From NCBI RefSeq assembly GCF_009914755.1, contig NC_060930.1: a stretch of 64,000 nucleotides of DNA. One strand, given 5' to 3'. The number at the start of each line of letters is the position of its first letter. Position 1 is the first letter of the stretch. Below, one piece after another: positions 52,200 through 64,000 of this stretch. This DNA comes from the human T2T-CHM13v2.0 reference genome, Homo sapiens. A program made the translations under genes and the position numbers. Under the pieces are notes generated by a model. That model was not told where the DNA came from. It was given only the letters and a program-made list of their open reading frames with translations, and searched no databases.

Positions 52200-53720
52200 A
52201 CCAGACAACATTCAAAGATTTACTCCTAAATATTTAATAGTGAATATTAAAATATTAAAAATAACAACTAAAGGGTATACAGAAAAGCAAAGGGAAACAT
52301 TACAGAGACACAAAGGTAGATCTGAATAAGTAGACAGGTAGGCTGGGAAGACTGAGTATGTTAATTCTCTTCACTGTAATAGTGTTTAACCCAGTTTAAA
52401 TCCAAATTTTAAGAGGCCTTTTTAGGAATTTAAAAATGGCAAACTTTTTCTAAACTTTACACGAAATAATAAAGAATAGCATAGGAATTCTGGGAAAATA
52501 AAGGCGTGAGAGAGAAGTCGCACTGCCAGATGCTAAACCATGCTGTGAATCTGCACTGTCACAACAGTGCGGTGAGGACGCACCCCAGGACCGATGAGGC
52601 CGGCCCCGCATGCCCAGCAGGCCTGGGAGACCGAAGCACTCCACACAGGAAACAGTAAGCGCGGGACCAACCCATAAGGGATACCGGGGAAACTGCCATG
52701 AAATTCATCAGGTGAAAAATCGAGTCCTTCTCCAGTTGCCATCAGATACCAAAACATCTTCTATCGGCTTAAGGTTAAACGCTGACACACACAAAACAGA
52801 GAACTAGAAGAAAGACCAGCAAAGAGGTTGCTGCTTCCCGAACAGCAAAGAACTCACCCTAAAAGCAACAGCAGAAAGACAATGATTTAGCTACACAAAA
52901 ACGTCTGAACTTTAAAAGCTCGTAAGCAAAATGAAAAAGCCAATGACAAACAGAAAATATTGAGAACCACAAAATAGTGTGTGCTTGGGCGTGTGTGTGC
53001 ATGAATGCACGCACATGCGCGTTCTAGCACTCCAAAATAAACAGTGGTCAAAGGAATGAAATGCACAGTTACATGGGGGGAAATTTAAAATCCAAGAAAT
53101 ATATTCTTTAAAGTAGTCTCATTAGTAATCAAAGAAATAAAATTAGATAGGTGAGAGACTTTTTTTTTTTTTGCCTATCTAGTTAATTAAAATGTTGAGA
53201 ATAAAAATATCTAACATTTGCCACGTTGAGCGTGGTGACGACTTGCTGACAAATGCCAGTGTGAGCGCAGCTTGAACGGCCTCTGGAAAGCAATCTGGTG
53301 CATTTGTATCAAAAATCATAATCTTGAAACAACTGACTTCCTTTTTAGAATTTTTGGAAAAAAATCAGAGCCAGGGACAAATACTTCTGTGTAAACGTGC
53401 CATGTTGGCATTATTTATAGTGAAGAACAGTGGGGGGAATAAAACCCTTACATCTTCTATATTGTCTTAATAAAGGCAAACAACAGAATATTATATATAA
53501 AATAAAATGCATTCATAATATTTAATAACACGAGAACATACACTATAATACTCAGTTTCATTTTAAACACAAAATTCTATGTTCAGAATTTTATTAATTT
53601 TATAGCAAAACTCCTACATAGATATAAATTCAAGAAAGAACCAAAATGTCCCCAGATATTAAATATGTGTATCTGAGTGGTGGGATTGATTAGGGATTCT
53701 AATTTTCTTTCCAGTTCTCT
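52200..53720 (+). mobile_element. Highly decayed L1M (L1ME-like) fragments
   Basis: A-rich tract with L1-like blocks (GGGAAGACTGAGTATG, AAAATGAAAAAGCCAATGACAAAC, CTGGAAAGCAATCTGG). Boundaries approximate. Confidence 0.5.
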
Positions 53721-55255
53721 AATTGGAATATCTGATACAATGTCTTCCATATATTAGCTACCCAATAAATATTGAGAAGAAGAATGAAACGATTTCAAAC
53801 TTCCAACATAAACATGAACGATTACTAATTCTAAGAAAAGAGTGAAAGCATGTTATAAAACAAACACTAATAAACAGATATTGGTTTAGGAAGGTGGCTG
53901 GTGGCCTCTCAGGCTGGCTAAGCCAAGGGATGTTTACTTTTGTCAATTTCTGCAGAAACCACACAAGTGGCTGGTGACGTATTTAGCTCTTTCCTCACAG
54001 TAACCCTCCTGAGGACTCTAGGATGATGTTCTCACATAGCTCTCATTGCCGGCTGCTTTCCCTGCCTGTTGCCCTGTGGCAGAGCCCTAGTTATGGGCTT
54101 ACAGCTCCTCCACGCTCCACTGGTCATATGGCCTGGGGATAGGGGACCAGGGTGGCTGAACCTGGACCAGCAAGGCCCCCTTTCCTCCTGCCTGTGACCC
54201 CTCACTGAGGGTCCTTGGGGGACACAAGCAAAGAGGAACATAGCCCACACGGAGCCCGCGTCACTAGCAACGGCACACGTGTCTCTACCCTCATGCAGGG
54301 TGTGAGACAGAGCAGCTCCCACGTCCTCTGCTCCCCTTGAATCTGCACGTTCGGGTCTACCCCTGCCTGCTGAAGAAGAAAACAGGGGAAATGCAGGAAT
54401 GCAGCTCATGAGGTTGGGCCCAGGGAGCCCCTGCGTGGTCAGAGGGAGCGGAGCACAGGAAAGGAAGAGAAAGGAGAGGCTCCTCTGCATGCCCAGCCCC
54501 ACCCCACACCATGAGGACAGTGTGCCTGGGGTTCCCGGGGTGCCCAGAAGCTCTCGGGAGCCCTCCTTCACTGACAGGAGGGATGGCCCGGTGCAGGGAG
54601 GGCAGGAGGGTGAGATCTTTGGTCTGTGGGAAGCCACATCAGATGCAGAAAGTCCATTTCAAAGACAACACTGACCCTGCACAAATCCAGCTCCTCTGCC
54701 CTGTCACGAGAAGGGCACTCCATCAGGGCAGGCGCTCACCACCTCTGGTTAGAGCTTCCAGAACCTCGTGTTATGAAGCACATTCAGGGACGGGCAGCAC
54801 CCTCGTGCAAACTCAGGGAAAACAGAGGGTCCACTGCTGCACCTAGGTTGAAGAGGATGGCAGGGTCTGCAGGGGGATTTTTATCTTTTTCTACGTAAAG
54901 GACAGAAGACCCAGCGCACGTGTTCTGATGCAGGAAGACGTACTGCTGTCTATGTAAAGTACAGATCAACAGCAAACCCAGGAATAAATTCCTGCTGAGG
55001 AAGGCATCCAGGTGCCTCCCTGCAGAATGTGCCCCTGGGTCAGGCTGCAGCTGACTTTTTACAAAGTGAGCTCGCCACTGCAAAGCCCCATGGGTTTTGT
55101 CACACTGACTCTGTGGCTCCGGCCTCACCGGCCTTTGCTGCACTTACTCCCATTGACTGCCAGGGTCGTGACCGTAAACACCGAGGTTCTCTTCCAGAGC
55201 CTGGTGGCATAAGCTTGCAGCCTCGAGTCCATTGGCTGCGTGGTGAAACAGTCTG

Positions 55256-55318
55256 GGAACTTCCCAGTTTTGAAAAAAGTTAGAGATGGAACTTCCCAGT
55301 TTTGAAAAAAGTTAGAGA
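55256..55318. repeat. 32-bp-period tandem duplication (31 bp identical)
   Basis: GGAACTTCCCAGTTTTGAAAAAAGTTAGAGA at 55256 and 55288. Confidence 0.97.
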
Positions 55319-55623
55319 GAACTTTTAAATAGTTAATAGAGCATTCAGAGAGAAGAAAGAGCTCCTCACGCATGTGAAGGTGTGTCAGATGCAGCAAATC
55401 CATTTCAAAGGGAACGCCGACCCACAAAGAGCAGCCACGCAGGATCTTTAAAAGGACTCTCAGTCCTAACAGCTCACAATAAACCATCTCTACGCGGTCC
55501 ACTCAAGACACACTCAGGCCCTGCCGTGGTCATTCTCTCTCTACAGCACACAGAGGGCAATGGCACCACTCCTTGCTCTTATCCTGAGTCCTGGCGTGCT
55601 GACCGAGGCCAGGTGCAAGAGGG

Positions 55624-56192
55624 TTTTTTAATTTTTTAAATTCTTTAAAAAAACATTCTGGATTCAGGAGGTCCATGTGCAGGTTTGTTACGTGGGTCTA
55701 TTGCATGACGCTGTGGCCTGGGGTATGGGTGGCCCCGTCACCCGGGTACTGAGCACAGTACCCAGTAGGTAGTTTTTAAGTTCACATGCCCCTCCTTCCC
55801 TCCTCCCCAGCAGCCCCCAGCGTCTGTTGTTCCCATCTTTATGTCCATGTGTATTCAATGCTGAGCTTCCAGTTTTAAGTGAGAACATGCATTTGGTTTT
55901 CTGTCCCTGAATTAATTTGCTTGGGATAATGACCTCCAGCTGCACAGATGTGGCTGCAAAGGACATGATTTCATTCTTTTTATGGCTGTGTAGTATTCTA
56001 TCACGTATATGTACCACATTTTCTTTGTCCAATCCACCATTAATGAGCACCTAAGTTGATTCCACGTCTGTGCTATTGTGAACGTTGTTGCAGTGAAAAT
56101 ACAAGTGCATGTGTCTTTTTGGTAGAATGATTTATTTTCCTTTGGATATATACCCAGTAATGGAATTGGTGTGGTAGTTCTATTTTAAGTTC
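55624..56192 (-). mobile_element. L1PA15/16-like 3' end
   Basis: CATGTGCAGGTTTGTTAC...AGTGAGAACATGC...GCTGCAAAGGACATGATTTC. TSD-like TGCAAGAG at 55614 and 56193. Confidence 0.85.
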
Positions 56193-57384
56193 TGCAAGAG
56201 TATTTTAAATAAAAAGTTATATAAAGATAGGAGTAAGATGGAAACAGGAAACATACAAATGATTGCAGAAAAACCAGGTTAATTCATCAGGTAGCTTGAA
56301 AAGCGGGACTTTCTGAAGCAGTAAAATATCTGACTAGGTTCTATATAAATGAAACTTGTATTACCTACAAATAGAGTAGACTTAGTAAGACACCAAGAAC
56401 CACCAGGAAGAGCTACCAAGGATCTACTTTTGTCAACAGATAAGAATGATTTTAAATGAACAAATCGAGAAAGATGGAACAAATAATTTAAAAATTTCCC
56501 TGGTCTGCCCCACTGCTCCCAGATAATTTCAGGTATCTGGCAGAAGAAACTGACTGCCCCAACCATGATAGGCACAGCCACCAACAAAACTAGACATGCA
56601 AAACGCCTGGCTCTTTTAACACAGCTTTTGTTTACGAACGCCATACAACTTCTCAGAGCACATTGGAGGAAAGATTTTCAACACATAAAAACTTTGAATA
56701 ACTACAATGATTCATGTGATTTTTTTGTCTTTGCATTCAAAAGTCAGAAGCATAACACGAGGCTATGTGTGATCCGGGCTCAGGGAGTACGGGGGAGCGC
56801 TCAGAAGTGTACGGAGAACTATTTTCAGCGCTGGCTTTTGCTGGAGTCCAGACCTGCCAAATCGAGCACGAGAGGGCACCTTTTGCCAAGATGGAAGCAC
56901 TATGAAATCCAAGGTTGCTCATTTCCGGTTCATTGTGTTTATCGTGTGAGGCTTTCCAGAAGGGAAAAAAGCCAGCTTCTATTTTAAATGACGATCCACT
57001 GATGAGCAGATGGGTTTGGTGTTGCTTTTTGTTTATTCTCTCTACATCTGAAAATATTTCAACATTTTAACTTCACAGAAGTATAATGATTTTTCTTTCC
57101 TTTTTTACATGCTTTCATTATTAAACGTTTTACCTCAGGAGAGTTAAGACCTCAGAACAACACCTCCCACTGAGCTGAATGGAAGGACACTAATGGGTCC
57201 ACTGCCTCTTTATCAATGGGAACCATCTCTCTAAACACAGAATTTCCTCCATGGATTGGTTTGGAAGAATAAAATTTTCAGGTGTAAAGGAGCTCACCAA
57301 GATAGCAATCTATTCATTTCACATGAAAAAAAAATTCCAAAGATGAGAATGAATGACTTGAGGTCCCAAATAAAGCAAAATAGG

Positions 57385-59655
57385 TGATATGGTTTGGTTC
57401 TGTGTCCCCACCCAAATCTCATCTTGAATTGTACTCCCATAATTCCCATGTGTTGTAGGAGGGACCTGGTGGGAGATAATTTGAATCATAGAGGTGGTTT
57501 CCCCCTTGCTATTCTCGTGATAGTGAGTAAGTCTCAGGAGATGTGATGGGTTTATCAGGGGCTTCTGCCTTTGCTTCTTTCTCATTATCTCTTGCCACCA
57601 CCATGTAAGAAGTACCTTACACCTCCTGCCATGATTCTGAGGCCTCCCCAGCCATGTGGAACTGTAAGTCCAATTAAACCTCCCTTTCTTCCCAGTCTTG
57701 GATATGTCTTTATCAGCAGCATGAAAATGGACTAATACAGTAAATTGGTACCAGTAGAGTAAGGCATTGCTGAAAACATACACGAAAATGTGGAAGTGAC
57801 TTTGGAACTTGGTAACAGGCAGAGGCTGGAACAGTCTGAAGGGCTCAGAAGAAGACAGGAAAACGTGGGAAAGTTTGGAACTTCCTAGAGACTTGCTGAA
57901 TGGCTTTGACCAAAATGCTGATAATGACGTAGACAATAAAGTTCAGACTGAGGTGGTCTCAGATGGAGATGAGGAACTTGTTGGGAACTGGAGCAAAGGT
58001 GACTCTTACTATGTTTTAGCACAGAGACTGGGCAGCATTTTGCCCCTGCCCTAGAGATTTGTGGAAGTGTGAACTTAAGAGAGATGAGTTCAGGTATCTG
58101 GCGGAAGAACTTTCTAAGCAACAAAGCATTCAAGAGGTGACTTGGGTGCTGTTGAAGGCATTCAGTTTTATAAAGGAAGCAAAGCATAAAGGTTCAGAAA
58201 ATTTGCAGCCTGACAATGTGATAGGAAAGAAAAACCCATTTTCTGAGGGGAAATTCAAGCCGGTTGAGGAAATTTGCATAAGTAATGAGAAGTTGAATGT
58301 TAATCCCCGAGACAATGGGGAAAATGTCTCCAGGGCATGTCAGAGGTCTTCATGGCATCCCCTCCCATTGCAGGCCTGGAGGCCTAGGAGAAAATGGTTT
58401 CCTGGGCTGGGTCCAGGGTCCCAGAGCTGTGTGCAGCCTAGGGACTTGGTGCCCTGCATCTCAGCCACTCCAGCTGTGACTAAAAGGGGCCAAGGTACAG
58501 CTCGGGCTGTTGCTTCAGAGGGTGGAAGCCCTAAGCCTTGGCAGCTTCCATGTGGTGTTGAGCCTGTGAGTGCACAGAAGTCAAGAACTGGGGGTTCTGA
58601 AACCACCTAGATTGCAGAAGATGTATGGAAAACGCCTGGATGCCCAGGCAAAAGTTTGCTGCAGGGGCGGGGCCCTCATGGAGAACCTCTGCCAGGGCAG
58701 TGCAGAAGGGAAATGTGGGGTTGGAACCCCCACACAGAGTCCTTACTGTGGCACTGCCTGGTGGAGCTGTGAGAAGAAGGCCACCATCCTCCAGACCCCA
58801 GAATGGTAGATCCAACGACAGCTTGCACTGTGTGCCTGGAAAAGCCTCAGACACTCAACACCAGCCCATGAAAGCAGCTGAGAAGGAGGCTGTACCCTGC
58901 AAAGCCACAGGGGTGGAGCTGCCCAAGACCATGGGAACCCACCTCTTGCATCAGCATGACCCGGAAGTGAGATGTGGAGTCAATGGAGATCATTTTGGAG
59001 CTCTAAAGTTTGACTGCCCCACTGGATTTTGGACTTGCATGGGCCCTATAACCCCTTTGTTTTGGCCAATTTCTCCCCTTTGGAACAATAACTGTACCCC
59101 CATTGTATCTAGGAAGTAACTAGCTTGCTTTTCATTTTTCAGGCTCATAGATGGAAGGGACTTGCCTTGTCTCAGATGAGACTTTGAACTGTGGACTTTT
59201 GGGTTAATGCTGAAATAAGTTAAGACTTTGGGGGACTGCTGTGAAGGCATGATTGGTTTTGAAATGTGAGGACATGAAATTTGGAGGGGCCGGGGCGGAA
59301 TGATATAGTTTGGTTCTGCATCTCCATCCAAATCTCATCTTGAATTGTACTGCCATAATTCCCTTGTGTTGGGAGAGGGACCTGATGGGAGATAATTTGA
59401 ATCATGGGGGCAGTTTCCCACATACTGTTCTCATGATAGTGAATATGTCTCAGGAGATCTGATGGGTTTATCAGGGGTTTCCGCTTTTGCTTCTTTCTCA
59501 TTTTCTCTTGCTGCCACCATATAAGAAATGTTTTTTGCCTCCTGCCATGATTCTGAGGCCTCCCCAGCCATGAGGAACTGTAAGTCCAATTAAACCTCTT
59601 TTTCTTCCCAGTCTTGGGGATGTCTTTATCAGGAGCATGAAAACAGACTAATACA
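57385..59655 (+). mobile_element. Full-length THE1A MaLR provirus (5' LTR 57385-57739, internal 57740-59300, 3' LTR 59301-59655)
   Basis: Two 355-bp TG...CA LTRs, PBS-like TTGGTACC, PPT GGAGGGGCCGGGGCGGAA and TSD ATAGG/ACAGG. ORFs 58059-58610 and 58625-59119 are remnants of the internal ORF. Confidence 0.95.
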
Positions 59656-61855
59656 ACAGGATTGGAACCCAGGTTTCCTGACCCTCAAGATGCTGGGCAA
59701 CGTGTTCCTTCCCTCAGAAGCCACGTGCCGTAGACTCCTCCATCTGTGCCCTGGACTGGGGGCTGTCCTGCTGCTGCACACCTACATGTACTGTCCTTGA
59801 GCTTATAATTGGGTGGCCCTAGGAAGTAGTGGGATAGTAGGAGCAGTTAAGAGGCCTCAATGCTGGAGGTGAACAGGTGGGATTTGGGTCCGGGCATCAT
59901 TATGTAGGAGCTGGGTGACCAGGGGCAAGCACCTTAGCCCTCCGGCACTTTGCTGTTCACTTTTGCAAAGCAGAGATGAGTGCTTTGGCCTTAGGGCTGT
60001 GAAGTTTAACAGTGTTAAATAATGCAGAAGAAAGCAAGCATCCCACAGATACTACTGATGACAATAACACAGCTCTTTCTTTAACAAATGATGGCTTAAA
60101 AACTAATCCTGGCCAGCATGCTCCAATCTAGAGAGCGAGGTTTTGTAAACCTGATCCTCAGGTGACAGCAGTGTCTGGACCAGCAGGGCTGCTCACAGGA
60201 GTCACCGTGCCAGGATCACTGTGCTGGAGCAGGCCTACTCAATCAGAGTGTCTGGGCTCAGCTCCGAGGTCTTCCACCATGCGCCTCGTGCATTTTCTAC
60301 ACAGAGAAAAGTGTCAATTGGCCCAGGATATTGATGGGATCTGTGCAGAGATATGTGAGGGACAGGAACGTCACAGCTTAGAAACGCAGTTTATGAGATT
60401 CTGCATTTAAAACCCACCTTGACTCAACTGCACTCAGAGAGACCAAAAAGCCTCTGCATTCTATATTTCACATTTAGTGAGAAGGCCCAGGTTAGAAGGA
60501 AACAGTAAGTCTGATGTCGAGCAGCATGGAAAACGGAGGATCAGTGGATCATGAAAAACAAGCCGGAATGAGAAGGCGTGTCAGTCAAGACAGCCCCGAG
60601 CCACCGCCTGGCCGTATCTGCCAAAGGGGTTTGTGATCTTAGACAAGTATCCGTTTATGCTGTTTAGAAAACAATCTATAGTTGTATTCTATTTTCTGCA
60701 TTCAGCTTTTTTTGAGTGCCATTATGATAAAATGTCATGTTATTATAAAATTTGAAGTCATAATAAAATCCAGGTTGAGATGGGCCCAACAGGTGCGACC
60801 TGCATTCTGTACAGAATGCTACAGAATTCTTGGCTGCTCGGGCCCTTCCTGGAGTGGTGCTGGCCTGTCGCCCACAGGCCATCTGGGGAGGAAGAAATGT
60901 ATGCAAGAATGTCATGCTTCCAGAGGTTTCGGTGGTGGCAATTCTACTGCAATTATTAAAGATACATTGTTACACTGGCTAGTTACAAGTGGGTTATATT
61001 TAAACAAAATTTGGAGAAAAATGTTAAATAAAAAATGTTTCCAAGCACAAAATTGTTTTTGGAGAAGATGAACATCCTACGTCACCATGAAACTGGTGTA
61101 TTCAAGATTCAGGCCATTAGGAAACGCCATGTGTCATGTTACAAGAAGGAAGCAGCCTGTGAAAAGTGTCAACCGCTCCTTTGGCAGAAGAAGACCAGTG
61201 TTGTGGTATTTAATGTCGCTAAATTTCACGATTTGACATTTTCTACATTTTCCTTTTTCTAAGATCTAAAGATCACATTATTGAAATTTTATCTCTAAAG
61301 AATGGACCTCTTAAATAGTCCTCTTTTATGATTATGCAAATAACTCACATACTGTTTTGAGAAGAAAAAAAAGACAACTAAATAATCTGAGGATAGTTCC
61401 TCTGTTATCCCAGCCAAAAAGAATAGGGAATGCATAGTGACAACACCTTCCTAACTGCGACCTTTAGAATCACGGCACTTCATCAAGTTCAGCACTGAAT
61501 ATGCTTAAAGGGCCGTCTTTCTATGACTCAGCCCGGAGGTTCTGGAGTTGTTGCCCCCATCACAGTGGGCTTTGGGCCCCCGGGCCTGCCCCTTGGTTCT
61601 AATGATCAGGGAGGTCCTCCCTTATGTGCCCACTGAACTTCCAGTCTCAGGCTGACTCACACAGGACACACTGTGAAAAGCTGGAGAGGAAAGGGCCCAA
61701 GTGACACAGTCACCCGATGGCTCTCAGGGACCTGAGGGCCGGCAAAGGTAGAACAGGTGTCCACTAAGCCTGGAGCGTAGCCTCAAACCCACTGTGCCAA
61801 CACACCCTGACTTCAGCCATAGTCCCGTGCATATCCAAAGGTCTGAAGGAAACTT

Positions 61856-62065
61856 CAGAGGTGTCCAGTCTTTTGGCTTCCCTGGGCCACCCTGGAAGAA
61901 GCAGCATTGTCTTGGGCCACACATAAAATCTGCTAACACTCATGATAGCTGATGAGCTTTAAGAAAAGAAAGGTGAGTGCATAAACCTCATAATGTTTTA
62001 AGAAAGTTTACAAATTTGTGTTGGGCGACATTCAAAGCCCCTGGGCCACGGGTTGGACAAGCTTG
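61856..62065 (+). mobile_element. MER30 (near full length)
   Basis: GTGTCCAGTCTTTTGGCTTCCCTGGGCCAC...GATAGCTGATGAGC...GGGTTGGACAAGCTTG. Confidence 0.9.
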
Positions 62066-62352
62066 CTCTGGATTGTACCCAGTCCATGCCTGTCATTGTA
62101 TGTGATCAAACTAAGCAAAAAGACCTGATTTTCAGTCTACCCCACCCCCCACCCCTGACCCCCTCAGTGGGTCCCCAGTGAGGACGGATGAGACCAGAAG
62201 TCCCAATGAGCCCAGTGTGCCTTGTGTCCCTGGGGGAACCAGACCCGATTGGACACGGACTGGATTTTCATGCGTAGGGGGCGGAGGAAAGGGAGGACAT
62301 TAAATCTTTAAGTGGTTAAAGACACAAAACCCACAGGAATGATTTCTAATGA

Positions 62353-62671
<319 letters not shown>

Positions 62672-63221
62672 AGGGCTGAGGAATTTAATATTGCACATAC
62701 ATATTGTCTATGATTCTTTATGTGAAAATCCACTCAAACATCCACTCTGCTTTTGACAGCATCAGCCTTTCTCATGACAAAACCTTCCCCTCAGGGCCTA
62801 TGCGGAGAATGCCGACAGCACCTGGGCTCCAGCGCCTTCTGGGGCCTAGGCCTCTCTACACCCACCTGGATGCGCAGGTCAAAGTGCTTTGCTTCTCAGG
62901 GAGGGAACTGACGCCCCGCTCAGCCCTTCCTTCTCCTACGCTCCACTGTCCTGAGGGACTTGATGTCCAAGTGCTCAGGTGGGTTCGGCATTTTCCACAA
63001 ACCCAAGGACCAGGCATGGCAGCCTGTTGAGGCCACCGAGAGGCCGGCTTCGAGTATGCGGGGCAGTGGGTGGGTATTTCGCTGTGTCCATTTTCCTTAT
63101 ATTCACTTTCTATTTGAATGACAGAGAATTATACCCAGAGACAGACTAGTTTAGATTTGAAAGCCCTTGGAAATCACCACTTCAAATGAAGACCCACCCT
63201 GGGCGAGATGGGGAGGGAACA

Positions 63222-64000
63222 CCCACTGGGCAGGAGGGCACGGGGAGAGGGCGGGATGGGGTGGAATGCCCACTGGGCAGGTGGGCTGGGCAGGAGGGCA
63301 CAGGAAGAGGGTGAGATGGGGTGGGACGCCCACTCGGCAGGTGGGCTGGGCAGGAGGGCACGGGGAGAGGGCGGGATGGGGTGGAATGCCCACTGGGCAG
63401 GTGGGCTGGGCAGGAGGGCACAGGAAGAGGGTGAGATGGGGTGGGACGCCCACTCGGCAGGTGGGCTGGGCAGGAGAGCACGGGGAGAGGGCGGGATGGG
63501 GTGGAATGCCCACTGGGCAGGTGGGCTGGGCAGGAGGGCACAGGGAGAGGGTGAGATGGGGTGGGACGCCCACTCGGCAGGTGGGCTGGGCAGGAGGGCA
63601 CAGGGAGAGGTGAGATGGGTTGGGACGCACACTGGGCAGGTGGGCTGGGCAGGAGGGCACAGGGAGAGCTGAGATGGGGTGGGACGTCCACTGGGCAGGT
63701 GGGCTGGGCAGGAGGGCCCAGGGAGAGGTGAGATGGGGTGGGACGCCCACTGGGCAGGTGGGCTGGGCAGGAGGGCCCAGGGAGAGGTGAGATGGGGTGG
63801 GACGCCCACTGGGCAGGTGGGCTGGGCAGGAGGGCACAGGGAGAAGTGAGATGGGGTGGGACGCCCACTGGGCAGGTGGGCTGGGCAGGAGGGCACAGGG
63901 AGAAGTGAGATGGGGTGGGACGTCCACTGGGCAGGTGGGCTGGGCAGGAGGGCCCAGGGAGAGGTGAGATGGGGTGGGACGTCCACTGGGCAGGTGGGCT
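63222..64000. repeat. G-rich VNTR/minisatellite, 60- then 59-bp units, at least 13 copies, truncated by the window edge
   Basis: Unit about CAGGGAGAGG(G)TGAGATGGGGTGGGACGCCCACTGGGCAGGTGGGCTGGGCAGGAGGGCA. Confidence 0.98.

Noticed and set aside
63151-63986. Pro-rich 228-270 aa ORFs and Gly-rich opposite-strand ORFs
   Set aside because: Translations of a stop-poor tandem repeat; no evidence of a gene.
63222-64000. Tandem arrays here and at 1661-1890 as CRISPR-like arrays
   Set aside because: Head-to-tail units with no unique spacers and no cas genes, in a primate context.

Overview
Primate (human or close ape) nuclear DNA that is almost entirely intronic. The window lies inside RPS6KA2 (RSK3, p90 ribosomal S6 kinase), transcribed on the minus strand. 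Only two coding exons are present: 20152-20268 ([39 protein letters not shown], Gly-rich loop) and 12716-12797 ([27 protein letters not shown], beta-3 Lys). The rest is a typical primate repeat landscape: Alu, L1PA and older L1M, L2, MIR, MER5/MER30 DNA transposons, a full-length THE1A provirus, solo LTRs, local tandem duplications, and a G-rich 59/60-bp VNTR running off the right edge. I found no prokaryote-type system, CRISPR array or RNA gene. The most unusual structure is a candidate single provirus at 1347-3650 with two different LTRs: an ERV-L MLT2B-type 5' LTR, a MaLR internal region and an MLT1A-type 3' LTR, with a near-matching 5-bp target-site duplication. This fits a fossil of ERV-L/MaLR co-packaging with intermolecular strand transfer. 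Repeat subfamily names are from memory of consensus sequences and need Dfam/RepeatMasker confirmation.
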